A stretch of 53,681 nucleotides of DNA from a virus (Duplodnaviria > Caudoviricetes), in the IMG/VR virus record IMGVR_UViG_3300025645_000098, positions 1 to 53,681 of that record; one strand, 5' to 3'. This document shows, in pieces, positions 1 to 8,765 of the stretch. The notes beneath the pieces were generated by a model, which saw only the letters and a program-made list of their open reading frames with translations, was not told the origin of the DNA and made no database searches. The stretch's first letter is position 1; every line of letters starts with the position of its first letter. Position numbers and translations under genes: made by a program.

Positions 1-13
1 AAAGACTTTAAAT

Positions 14-86
14 GGGGATATGGTGAAACTGGCTATCATCGTTGACTTGCACTCAGCAGTTCCGAGTTCGAACCTCGGTATCTCCA
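14..86 (+). tRNA. tRNA-Ala(TGC)
   Basis: Acceptor GGGGATA/TATCTCC with G3:U70, anticodon arm GTTGA-CTTGCAC-TCAGC, T loop TTCGAAC. Confidence 0.93.
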
Positions 87-134
87 CATTTGGTGTTTAC
101 ATATATTTTTAGTATATTTGTAAAAAAATAAATT

Positions 135-251
135 ATGAATAAAAAATATCATTATGTTTATCTAATTGAAAGGATTGAAAAAGAAATTAAGAAATGTATT
201 GTAGTGTGTTCTAATTGTCATAGAAAAATACATTATAAAAATACATTATAA
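135..251 (+). pseudogene. Internally deleted HNH endonuclease remnant (38 aa)
   Basis: MNKKYHYVYLIERIEKEIKKCIVVCSNCHRKIH matches the C-terminus of the HNH ORFs at 16746 and 23326. Confidence 0.7.
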
Positions 252-257
252 AAATAA

Positions 258-291
258 ATTGTTGGTGTGGGTTTGAATCCCATCAGCAATA
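258..291 (+). other. tRNA minihelix (acceptor plus T arm only)
   Basis: ATTGTTG-GT-GTGGG-TTTGAAT-CCCAT-CAGCAAT; no D or anticodon arm. Confidence 0.45.
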
Positions 292-414
292 CAAACGATT
301 GATAATGTTGTTATTATCTTGTAACCACACTGGGCGGTTGAGCCAGATGGAAGGGCAAGGTAGACGTTTGAGATTGGGGTTATCATCTTACAACCAGCTC
401 TGATAACCTAATAT

Positions 415-489
415 GCTCCAGTCGTCTAATTGGCTTAGGACACCACTTTTTCAAAGTGGGCAATGTGGGTTCGAATCCCATCTGGAGTA
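415..489 (+). tRNA. tRNA-Glu(TTC)
   Basis: GCTCCAG/CTGGAGT acceptor, CCACT-TTTTCAA-AGTGG anticodon arm, GTGGG-TTCGAAT-CCCAT T arm. Confidence 0.92.
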
Positions 490-522
490 CTAAGTTTGCA
501 AACTGAGGTTTTTAATTACCTA

Positions 523-589
523 GGGTATATCGTCTAATTAGGTTAGGATAGCTCTGAGCAAGATATAGGTTCGATTCCTATTGTATTCT
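523..589 (+). ncRNA. tRNA-like element with truncated anticodon arm
   Basis: D arm and T arm (ATAGG-TTCGATT-CCTAT) intact; anticodon arm reduced to GCTCTGAGC. Confidence 0.55.
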
Positions 590-600
590 AAAAATTAAAT

Positions 601-673
601 TGGTTTATAGTCTAAAGTTAAGATACCATCCGTATCGGGGTGGAGATGTAAGGTCGGGTCTTACAAAAACCGC
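601..673 (+). ncRNA. Degenerate tRNA-like element
   Basis: Cloverleaf-like with CCATC/GGTGG stem, 8-nt loop and a non-canonical T loop GTCGGGT. Confidence 0.4.
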
Positions 674-755
674 TTACTGTAATGAGGTTTGACTGCTGTC
701 AAAGGATAGCTTCCTCACGTTAAACAAAAAAATGCTTATAGAAGTATAGGCGCCA

Positions 756-822
756 GGGATTGTATAGCAACGTGCAGAGGCGTTGAAATGGTTATGAGAG
801 ATTCGAGTTCTCTTCAATTCCA
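756..822 (+). ncRNA. Degenerate tRNA-like element
   Basis: GGGATTG/CAATTCC-A acceptor and TTCGAG T-like arm; core not canonical. Confidence 0.35.
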
Positions 823-828
823 CAAAAT

Positions 829-948
829 TGGTTAGTCGTATAAGTGGTTAATATATTCGGGATAGGGTTGTCGGTGGTTCGAATCCACTATTAAAATGGT
901 GACGTAATGCCGTACCGAGGGATGTTGGTTCGAATCCAACCTAACCAC
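829..948 (+). ncRNA. tRNA-like element with ~50-nt insertion in the anticodon loop
   Basis: TGGTTAG/CTAACCA acceptor, D arm, TTCGG/CCGAG stem, GTTGG-TTCGAAT-CCAAC T arm; the insert contains a second T arm GGTGG-TTCGAAT-CCACT. Confidence 0.55.
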
Positions 949-1070
949 TAAAATTAATATGTTATGAGCTTGGGAGCCACAAAAAGTTAGAAAGAATTGA
1001 ATCCACTAAAAAGAGGGTTGGTTCACGTAATGACAGGAAACTTAAAAAGTATTCTGAGAAGTTTAATAAA

Positions 1071-1502
1071 ATGTTTAATTTCTATCTATCGGTGCATCGA
1101 AGTGGATTGATTACTTTTTGTGGTGTAAAGGTTCAAGTTAATTTTGATGTTGATGGTTCGGATGGTAAATTTGGGTTTAGGGAATATGACAATGGTAGGT
1201 TTAAAGGTAAAACTCCAGTCTCTAGACATCCAAACATTTTAAGGAGTGTAATCATTGGAAAGAAAGGTTGGGGCTTATTAGTTAGTGAATGGTCAAGTGG
1301 AATTGGTTCTGGGTTATTCACAAAATATGAGTTCTTTGAATTATTTAAAAAATGTGATATTGAAATTCCAGATTCTTTATTGAATGAATTTAATAACTCT
1401 GTTTGGCGTGAACGATTTAAACGTGAAGATGAACAAAAATTACATAATGAGTTTTTAATTAAATTATATAAAACGAATTATGGCTTGAATGATGGACTTT
1501 AG
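1071..1502 (+). CDS. Hypothetical protein
   Basis: ORF; C-terminal part paralogous to the remnant at 2680-2862. Confidence 0.7.
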   Translation: MFNFYLSVHRSGLITFCGVKVQVNFDVDGSDGKFGFREYDNGRFKGKTPVSRHPNILRSVIIGKKGWGLLVSEWSSGIGSGLFTKYEFFELFKKCDIEIPDSLLNEFNNSVWRERFKREDEQKLHNEFLIKLYKTNYGLNDGL

Positions 1503-1525
1503 TAAATTTCTACATATTTATTAAT

Positions 1526-2215
1526 ATGAGAAAGATTACAGTTTATACTTTAAGTGACCCAAGAGATGGGTTAGTAAAATATGTTGGAATAACTAGTAGA
1601 CCAAAAAGAAGAGCTTACGAGCATATTAGAGATGATGAGAATAATCTCAAAAGTGCTTGGATTAAGAGGCTTAAATCATTAGGGTTAAAACCGATATTTG
1701 AAAAGATTGATGTTACCGATGTAGATAATTTTGTATGGGTAGAACAGTATTGGATATCACAATTTAGAACTTGGGGTTTCCCACTTAAAAATATGACTAA
1801 TGGTGGTGATGGTTCATATGGATTTACACCTTGGAATAAAGGGTTAAAGGGTGTTTTTAAACATTCTGAAGAGTCTAAAAAGAAAATGAGTGAGTATCGT
1901 AAGAAACACACAATTGGTGAAGACAATGGTTTTTATGGTAAAAAACATTCTGATGAAAACAAAAAACGTTGGTCTGAACAACGTAAAGGGTCTAAATGGA
2001 ATGAAATTCAACGACAAAAATTAGGTGGTAAAAATAATCCAAATAGAAAAGCAGTATATTGTTTTAATTTAGATGGTGAATTAATAAAAAAATATGATGC
2101 TGCTATAGATGCTAAAGATGATGGGTTTGATGCTAATATGATATCTAAAGTGTGTAGGGGTGTTAGAAAGACGTATAAACAACATTTTTTCTCTTTTAAT
2201 AAATATATTTATTAG
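1526..2215 (+). CDS. GIY-YIG homing endonuclease with NUMOD3/NUMOD1 repeats
   Basis: VYTL..DPR...KYVGIT motif, EQYWI, LKNMTNGGDG, KHSEESKKKMS repeats, C-terminal ISKVCRG HTH. Confidence 0.88.
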   Translation: MRKITVYTLSDPRDGLVKYVGITSRPKRRAYEHIRDDENNLKSAWIKRLKSLGLKPIFEKIDVTDVDNFVWVEQYWISQFRTWGFPLKNMTNGGDGSYGFTPWNKGLKGVFKHSEESKKKMSEYRKKHTIGEDNGFYGKKHSDENKKRWSEQRKGSKWNEIQRQKLGGKNNPNRKAVYCFNLDGELIKKYDAAIDAKDDGFDANMISKVCRGVRKTYKQHFFSFNKYIY

Positions 2216-2216
2216 T

Positions 2217-2717
2217 ATGAAAGAAATAATTAAGAAATTACTTAGAGAAAATTTAAAATCTAATGTAGTTTATCATGGCACACCAAATAAACATGATTTT
2301 GATGATAGAGGTGAAATCTATAATGGCACATTTTTTTCACCAAATGAAAATGAAGCTAAAAGCTACGGAAAATATATTTATAAAATTGAATTAAAACCAA
2401 ATTTAAATTTATTTAATTCAACTGAGTTATACCATACTAAAATATTATTTTCAGTTTTTAATGAATTATATGATGATTATTATAATGAAGATGAACTTGA
2501 ATATTATATAAAAACACCAGAACAATTAATGTATAGTTCAGATAATTGGAACCCAATAGAAAAAACTGATGGTGTTTTAGAATGGTTAGAAGATAAATAT
2601 GATGGTGTTATGATTACTGAAGGTGGAGTTTTAAATATTTTATTGTTTAATCCAATTAAAGAAAAAATAAAAACAATAAATTATTTGGGTAGACCAATGG
2701 AGTCAAGGTATAGTTGA
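2217..2717 (+). CDS. Putative ADP-ribosyltransferase-fold protein
   Basis: VYHGT...GTFFS...AKSYG and YDGV motifs typical of phage ART-like domains; start moved to MKEIIKKLLRE. Confidence 0.55.
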   Translation: MKEIIKKLLRENLKSNVVYHGTPNKHDFDDRGEIYNGTFFSPNENEAKSYGKYIYKIELKPNLNLFNSTELYHTKILFSVFNELYDDYYNEDELEYYIKTPEQLMYSSDNWNPIEKTDGVLEWLEDKYDGVMITEGGVLNILLFNPIKEKIKTINYLGRPMESRYS

Positions 2718-2862
2718 ATGGACATTTACTAAAGATGAAATCCTTCAAGAGTTTATCAAGAGGGATATTACCATTCCAGAACCGTTAATGAGAGAGTGGG
2801 ATAAGTTAATTCATAAGAAGAAAATGATTCGAAATGAGAAGTATTTAAAATTACTTAAATAA
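2680..2862 (+). pseudogene. Startless C-terminal remnant of a paralog of ORF 1071-1502
   Basis: IIWVDQWSQGIVEWTFTKDEILQEFIKRDITIPEPLMREW aligns with LLVSEWSSGIGSGLFTKYEFFELFKKCDIEIPDSLLNEF. Confidence 0.65.
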
Positions 2863-2965
2863 ACACCAACAGTTCTTTTTATGTAGTTCATCGAATATAT
2901 TAGAAATATATTGTTTTTATTAAACATATTTAGTATATTTGCAATTAATAATAAAAACCAAATTT

Positions 2966-3493
2966 ATGAAAAAAGTATTAAGTACATTAATTTTATTTTT
3001 AAGTTTTGTTGCGATAGCGCAAGAAGATTTAACATTATCAGAAGATTTAACTGTGACTAATGGTCAAGAGTTATCTTACAACACACTTGATTTAAATGGA
3101 TTCGATTTAGAATTAAGAAATAACTCAAGTTTAACAGTCGTTAACTTATTAGGACCAGGTAACGTATCAACAATTTCAAACGGTAATACGGGTAATAACG
3201 CTCAACCAATATTGAATGTTACTGGATATCTTGATTGCGAAAATTTAACATTTGAAGGCCAACAAGCATATTCTTCTGATAGTCAATTTACACCTTGTGT
3301 CAGTCTTAGTATAAATCAACCAAATTTAGATATACGTGAATTACCAATGGGTCTATCTTATAAAGTAATTTCACTTTCAGGTCAAAAAAACATAAGTGGT
3401 ATTACTGATTTAAATACAATTAACCAATTGCCTAGAAATCAAATTTTTATATTAAAAGTTGAGGGGTTTAAAGCAGTTAAGGTCATATATTAA
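2966..3493 (+). CDS. Secreted protein with T9SS-like C-terminal domain
   Basis: Signal peptide MKKVLSTLILFLSFVAIA-Q; C-terminus YKVISLSGQ...IFILKVEGFKAVKVIY. Confidence 0.6.
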   Translation: MKKVLSTLILFLSFVAIAQEDLTLSEDLTVTNGQELSYNTLDLNGFDLELRNNSSLTVVNLLGPGNVSTISNGNTGNNAQPILNVTGYLDCENLTFEGQQAYSSDSQFTPCVSLSINQPNLDIRELPMGLSYKVISLSGQKNISGITDLNTINQLPRNQIFILKVEGFKAVKVIY

Positions 3494-3518
3494 TATAAAT
3501 TATTGCAATTATTTAAAA

Positions 3519-3564
3519 AAGACTATCATTTATTTGGTAGTCTTCTTTTTTTTGTATATATTTG
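3519..3564 (+). terminator. Intrinsic terminator overlapping a Bacteroidetes-type promoter
   Basis: AAGACTATCA/TGGTAGTCTT stem, T tract, then TATATTTG. Confidence 0.7.
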
Positions 3565-3579
3565 TATATGAAGATTGAT

Positions 3580-3984
3580 ATGGAAGAGAAGTATAGAGTA
3601 ATTATAGCTGGTGGTAGAGATTTTGACGATTTCAGATTACTTTGTAAGGTATGTATGCATATGTTACAAAATAAAACTAATGTTGAGATTGTTTCTGGTA
3701 CCGCTAATGGAGCTGATAAATTAGGTGAAAAGTTTGCTAAATTTATGGGTTATGAGATTAAACGATTCCCAGCAAATTGGGATGAATTTGGTAAAGCCTC
3801 TGGTCACATAAGGAATAGGGAAATGGCTGAATATGGTGACGCTCTAATTGCCTTTTGGGATGGAAAATCTAAAGGAACTGGTGGTATGATTGGAGAAGCT
3901 GAAAAGCGAAATTTAAAGGTTAAAGTCGAGATATATAAAATTGAAAAAGAAAGTGAGGAAGACAAGCCTTGGTACGAACAATAA
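3580..3984 (+). CDS. SLOG-family (DUF2493/YspA-like) protein
   Basis: IIAGGRDF, IVSGTANGADKLGE, RNREMA, IAFWDGKSKGT motifs. Confidence 0.85.
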   Translation: MEEKYRVIIAGGRDFDDFRLLCKVCMHMLQNKTNVEIVSGTANGADKLGEKFAKFMGYEIKRFPANWDEFGKASGHIRNREMAEYGDALIAFWDGKSKGTGGMIGEAEKRNLKVKVEIYKIEKESEEDKPWYEQ

Positions 3985-4149
3985 TATAAAAATAATGACT
4001 GATATTAATAAAATGGAATATGAAGCTAAACAACGAATCAAATGGTTTGTAGATGGCTATTTTATACATAATCTGGGTAACTTATTTTCTAAATTATCCA
4101 CAGAACGTATTTGTGAATTATATAATATTGAATTAACATATTTTAGACC

Positions 4150-4509
4150 ATGAAAGAACAACTAATAACATTTGATACAGCTAAATTAGCTAAAGAGAAA
4201 GGGTTTGATTGGATACCTGAATTTAAAAATGTATATTCTGTATATAATTGTTGGGGTATCCACAGTTATGATTCTAAAATAAAAAACCTAATAAATTTAG
4301 ATAATAAAACTTTAGCACCAACACAATCATTACTTCAAAAATGGTTGAGAGATGTACATAAGATTGATGTTTGGTGTGAAAGATTTTCAACCGAAGAAAG
4401 ATGGATTTATCAGTGTCCAAAATTAAATATAGGAAGAATTAATTATTATTCTGACGTTTATGAAGAAGCATTAGAAGAAGGATTACAAGAAGCATTAAAA
4501 TTAATATAA
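4150..4509 (+). CDS. Hypothetical phage protein
   Basis: ITFDTAKLAKEKGF...APTQSLLQKWLR...YEEALE pattern common in Bacteroidota phages. Confidence 0.75.
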   Translation: MKEQLITFDTAKLAKEKGFDWIPEFKNVYSVYNCWGIHSYDSKIKNLINLDNKTLAPTQSLLQKWLRDVHKIDVWCERFSTEERWIYQCPKLNIGRINYYSDVYEEALEEGLQEALKLI

Positions 4510-4766
4510 TGAAAGAACCAAGATATAATAAATGGTTACTATTTTCATTTAAAGAAGAACAGTGGACCAATGTTCATTATGAATTTGAATCAGCTGAAAG
4601 TGGTAGATGGCATATAGGTGGTGATGCCTATATGTATGACTTTTATGAAGAATGGTTTTGTATATTTGGATTTAAAATATGGAGAACAAAAATTATTACT
4701 AAAAATAGAGGTTTATATAACATCGAATTAGATGACCCAACACAAAGTATTTATGAGAATAACTAA
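4509..4766 (+). CDS. Hypothetical protein
   Basis: Translationally coupled ORF. Confidence 0.6.
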   Translation: MKEPRYNKWLLFSFKEEQWTNVHYEFESAESGRWHIGGDAYMYDFYEEWFCIFGFKIWRTKIITKNRGLYNIELDDPTQSIYENN

Positions 4767-5208
4767 CGGAGCATACATAGTAGACAGTTTAGGTAAAATA
4801 TTAATAGGACATCCAACAAACCATGTATGGGATGTATGGTCAATACCTAAAGGACTTTTTGATGAGGGTGAAACGTCTTCAAAGGAAGCTGCAATACGTG
4901 AAACCTATGAGGAAACCAACCTTAATTTGGACCTATTCATTAATAAGACAACTTATTTAGATTTAGGTGAAGAAATGTATGGTCATAAGAAAAAGAAATT
5001 ATTAGCTCATTTATTTCATATTGACTTACCATTATCTGAAATGGATTTGAATGTGGTTTGTAAAAGTATGTTCATTTATGATGGTGAAGAATTACCAGAG
5101 TGTGATGTTACCAAATGGGTAACATTTGAGTTTGCAAGTGAAAACTTACACTACTCTCAAAAAAAAATATTAGAAAAAGTGAAAGAAATACTTGTTCATA
5201 AAAAATAA
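4753..5208 (+). CDS. Nudix hydrolase
   Basis: Nudix box PKGLFDEGETSSKEAAIRETYEETNL. Confidence 0.9.
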   Translation: MRITNGAYIVDSLGKILIGHPTNHVWDVWSIPKGLFDEGETSSKEAAIRETYEETNLNLDLFINKTTYLDLGEEMYGHKKKKLLAHLFHIDLPLSEMDLNVVCKSMFIYDGEELPECDVTKWVTFEFASENLHYSQKKILEKVKEILVHKK

Positions 5209-5238
5209 ATTAAGTATATTTGATTTAAATAAAAAAAG

Positions 5239-5445
5239 ATGGCAAATAAAAAAGTTAGATTCAGTAAACCCACAAAATCTTCAAGTGGGTTAAGTTATAA
5301 AGTTAGATTCAAATTCGAAGGTACAAAAGGTGGTTACTTCGTAGTAACAAACCGTAAGGGAAAAGTCTTAGATGGTAAACAATTCAATAGTCCAGAAAAA
5401 GCATTAGAATATGCTACTGAATTACACAACAAGAGCTTTGCATAA
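5239..5445 (+). CDS. Small basic hypothetical protein
   Basis: ORF directly after a TATATTTG promoter. Confidence 0.6.
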   Translation: MANKKVRFSKPTKSSSGLSYKVRFKFEGTKGGYFVVTNRKGKVLDGKQFNSPEKALEYATELHNKSFA

Positions 5446-5533
5446 AAAATATATTCAGGAAGATAGAAAAGAAGGATTTGCACCACCAATCCTTAGAAAA
5501 ATAATTTTAGAAACTAGGAAAAATATAAAAGAT

Positions 5534-6826
5534 ATGAGTAATGATATAATAGAAGTAGATTCGTTTCATGAAGATGGGTTCTGGGATGAAGATGAATTTA
5601 CAATAAATGATTATAAGACTAAGATTCAGTTTTATACTGAAACTAATAAACCAGTCTTAGCTATATTCTTTGATTTTTTTAATAAATTAAATCATAAAAG
5701 AGCGCATGAAGATACACCAACAGTAGATGGTATTACCATTAAAGGTATTTTAGATAGTGATAATAGTTTCATGAATAATCTACCTGAATATCCACCAATT
5801 ACTTTTACTTATTCGGTGATATTAGATTTTAATGGAATTTTATTATCAATAGTAATGATGGCATTTAAAGAAAATGGGTCTATTCGTAATGTAATTAGAA
5901 TGACAAGTTTGAATGAAGAAATCGTTAAGTCTGGTGATATTTATGAAGCATTATTCAAATTAGCTGTAGATAACTCAAAATTAAAGGGGAGTTATATGAA
6001 AATTGAAGATGAAGCCTTGTTATGGCAGATTAGAAGTTTAAAAGATGTTACATTTGATGATGTGTATCTTCCAGAACGTATGACTGAAGACCTCTCAATG
6101 TATGTTAAACTATTTGAGAATAAGAAAATTCTACAACGTTATATGTTTAGTGGTGTACCAGGTACAGCTAAAACAGAATCGACTAGAGCAATTACAAACA
6201 TTCTTAATAAACAAGGTGTTACCATAATTAAAACAAATATTTGTAAAATCATCAAGCAAAAATTTGATTTAGCTAAAATATTAGCACCGTGTGTTGTAAT
6301 ATTAGATGATATTGATTTATATCTTGGTGATAGAAATTCAACTGGTGTAAGTCCATTATTAGGAGCTTTCTTAGATATTTTAGATGGTATTGATAAATTA
6401 CCTGATGATGTTGGTGTTATTGCTAGTACAAACGCACCACACTTGATTGATTTAGCGGCACAACGACCAGGTAGATTTAATAAAGTTTTATTCTTTGATG
6501 AATTAACTTCTGATAATATTGTGAATATTATTAAAAAATCATTAACTAGTATGAATGAGAAACATAATAATGTAAGTGAAAAAGATATTAAAATATTGAC
6601 CGATAGTAAATTGGTTGATTTCTTTAAAGAAAAGGGGTTAACTGGTGCATTTATATTCGAAGCTGTGCAAGACATTAAGCATAAATCAGAAACTTTAGAA
6701 AGGGAAATAGATTTAGTTAAAACAATCGCTGAAATATCACAAAGTAATGATACTTTAGATAAGAAATTGAAGATTATGACAATAGATAATAAATTAAAAA
6801 AGGTTGCTAATAGAATTGGATATTAA
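5534..6826 (+). CDS. AAA+ ATPase
   Basis: Walker A variant GVPGTAKT, Walker B VILDDID, sensor ASTN, AQRPGRF second region of homology. Confidence 0.88.
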   Translation: MSNDIIEVDSFHEDGFWDEDEFTINDYKTKIQFYTETNKPVLAIFFDFFNKLNHKRAHEDTPTVDGITIKGILDSDNSFMNNLPEYPPITFTYSVILDFNGILLSIVMMAFKENGSIRNVIRMTSLNEEIVKSGDIYEALFKLAVDNSKLKGSYMKIEDEALLWQIRSLKDVTFDDVYLPERMTEDLSMYVKLFENKKILQRYMFSGVPGTAKTESTRAITNILNKQGVTIIKTNICKIIKQKFDLAKILAPCVVILDDIDLYLGDRNSTGVSPLLGAFLDILDGIDKLPDDVGVIASTNAPHLIDLAAQRPGRFNKVLFFDELTSDNIVNIIKKSLTSMNEKHNNVSEKDIKILTDSKLVDFFKEKGLTGAFIFEAVQDIKHKSETLEREIDLVKTIAEISQSNDTLDKKLKIMTIDNKLKKVANRIGY

Positions 6827-6904
6827 AAAAACCACCAAATATTTGGTGGTTTCATTTTTTATTCATATATTTGTACTAATATTAATATTAATTAAAGAAA
6901 AATA

Positions 6905-7600
6905 ATGAGTTTATTTAAAAAAGCATTAAGTGCATTTGTCGATTTTGACAATAAAAAAGAGGTTTCTAAAGAAGTGAAACCCCAAGAAACGATTCCAACA
7001 AACAAAATACCAACACAATCATTTAACTTTGAATCTTCTAGTGTTCCAGAAGGGTTGGTTAATCAAGAACTTTCTGCATCTCAACAAGGTGCATTTAATC
7101 AAGAATTTTATAATCACTTGCAAGAAGAAATTGCAAAGAATAACCAAGATGGTGCTGATTACTATGAATTCCGTAAAACTTTTGAGGCATTAAAGAAAAG
7201 TATGCCAGAAATGGCGGCTTTATCTGCGGCCTACAATGCATTAAAAGCAACGTCACCAGAACTTTCAGTAACTAGATTACTAGAAACTGCTGATGTTTAC
7301 TTATCAGTTCTTGAACAAGAACAAGTTGATTTTGAAAATCAATACCAAGATGAGTACACAACTGGGGTAATTGGTAGAGATAATCAAATTGATGTTGAAA
7401 TGCAAAAACAAGCTGACCTTGAGGTACAACTTCAAGCATCAAAAGACGCTGTTAGAACTTTACAAGCTGAAAGAATAGCTGAGAACACAAAACTTCAAGG
7501 TGTGAAAGCTAATTGGGACATTACGTTGAAATTGGTTAAGACCAATATCGAAACTGATAAAAAGAATATTTCTGCTTATCTTGAAACCAACCCAGTATAA
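6905..7600 (+). CDS. Coiled-coil hypothetical protein, first gene of transporter operon
   Basis: Follows terminator/promoter at 6828-6873; helical composition. Confidence 0.7.
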   Translation: MSLFKKALSAFVDFDNKKEVSKEVKPQETIPTNKIPTQSFNFESSSVPEGLVNQELSASQQGAFNQEFYNHLQEEIAKNNQDGADYYEFRKTFEALKKSMPEMAALSAAYNALKATSPELSVTRLLETADVYLSVLEQEQVDFENQYQDEYTTGVIGRDNQIDVEMQKQADLEVQLQASKDAVRTLQAERIAENTKLQGVKANWDITLKLVKTNIETDKKNISAYLETNPV

Positions 7601-7621
7601 ACATTTAAACATTTAAAAATT

Positions 7622-8692
7622 ATGCAAAATCAATTAAAACCAATTAAATCATTCTGGGAAAAGCCACAAGGTACAACTGGTATGGTTGGTGTCGGACTAT
7701 TAGTTTTCGGTGCTGGATATCTATTACTTAAAAATGCTGCATGGATTGCCGAAGCATTCTCAAACTTGACTTCAGCTGTATTCATGGGATTAGGTTTATT
7801 CACAATCTTCTGGTTGCTTAGTGATAAGAAATTTAGAACGTTATTGTGGTATTTCTATAAAGTGGGTATGGAAAAACTAACAAGCCTATTTATTGAGATT
7901 GACCCAATTGGAATCATGAAAGTTTATGTATCGTCATTAGTTGATAAAAGAGCTAATATGGATAAGCAATTAGGTAAACTTAAGCAAGAAAAGGGTAAGT
8001 TACAACGTAAGATAAGTGATGTAAATAAAGAAATACAAAAACTTATGTCTTTAGCATCTGCGGCCAAAAAACTAGGTACTCGAAAAGGTGATAGTCAAGT
8101 TGCTTTGAATACTAGAATGGCTGGTAGACGTGATGAAATGGTTAGAAAACTTCAAATATTACTTGTAAAAATCGAAGACCTTTATAAAAGAATGGATAAA
8201 ATGTATTTCTATTCTGGAATTATGATTCAAGATATTAAAGACCAAATTGAAACTATTGAATATGAAAGAAATGTAATTCATGCCTCTCACAGTGTAATGA
8301 AATCAGCACAAAGTATTATTGCTGGTAATAGTAGTGAAGCTGAGTTATTCGATAGAGCATTAGAATATGTTGCTGATGATTTAGGTGCTAAGGTAGGTGA
8401 AATGGAAAGATTCATAGACGTATCTCAAAACTTCATCGATGGGGTTGACCTAGAAAACGAAGTCTTCAAGGAAGATGGTCTTAAGATGTTAGAAGCATGG
8501 GAAGCTGGTAATAGTTTAGACTTCTTAAATGATAGTAGTACTGATTACTTACAAGTAATTAGAACTCAAATGTCTGGTACTGAAACTGTAGAAAAAGCTG
8601 AACCAGTTCTATTGAGTAGAACTTTTGAACAGGCTCCAGAAATTCCAAAAGGTAGAACTTTTGATTCTAACGAGAAAAACTTTTTCAAATAA
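7622..8692 (+). CDS. Membrane-anchored PspA/IM30-like coiled-coil protein
   Basis: Two N-terminal TM helices, then DP followed by a long heptad region. Confidence 0.55.
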   Translation: MQNQLKPIKSFWEKPQGTTGMVGVGLLVFGAGYLLLKNAAWIAEAFSNLTSAVFMGLGLFTIFWLLSDKKFRTLLWYFYKVGMEKLTSLFIEIDPIGIMKVYVSSLVDKRANMDKQLGKLKQEKGKLQRKISDVNKEIQKLMSLASAAKKLGTRKGDSQVALNTRMAGRRDEMVRKLQILLVKIEDLYKRMDKMYFYSGIMIQDIKDQIETIEYERNVIHASHSVMKSAQSIIAGNSSEAELFDRALEYVADDLGAKVGEMERFIDVSQNFIDGVDLENEVFKEDGLKMLEAWEAGNSLDFLNDSSTDYLQVIRTQMSGTETVEKAEPVLLSRTFEQAPEIPKGRTFDSNEKNFFK

Positions 8693-8765
8693 AATTTGGA
8701 TATCACAAATATTATTCTTATATTTGTAATCAATATAAACATTTAAAAACTTTAATTTAAAAATT

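Noticed and set aside
267-290. Orphan 3-prime tRNA half suggesting a second split tRNA
   Set aside because: The acceptor strand pairs locally with ATTGTTG at 258-264, so it is a self-contained minihelix
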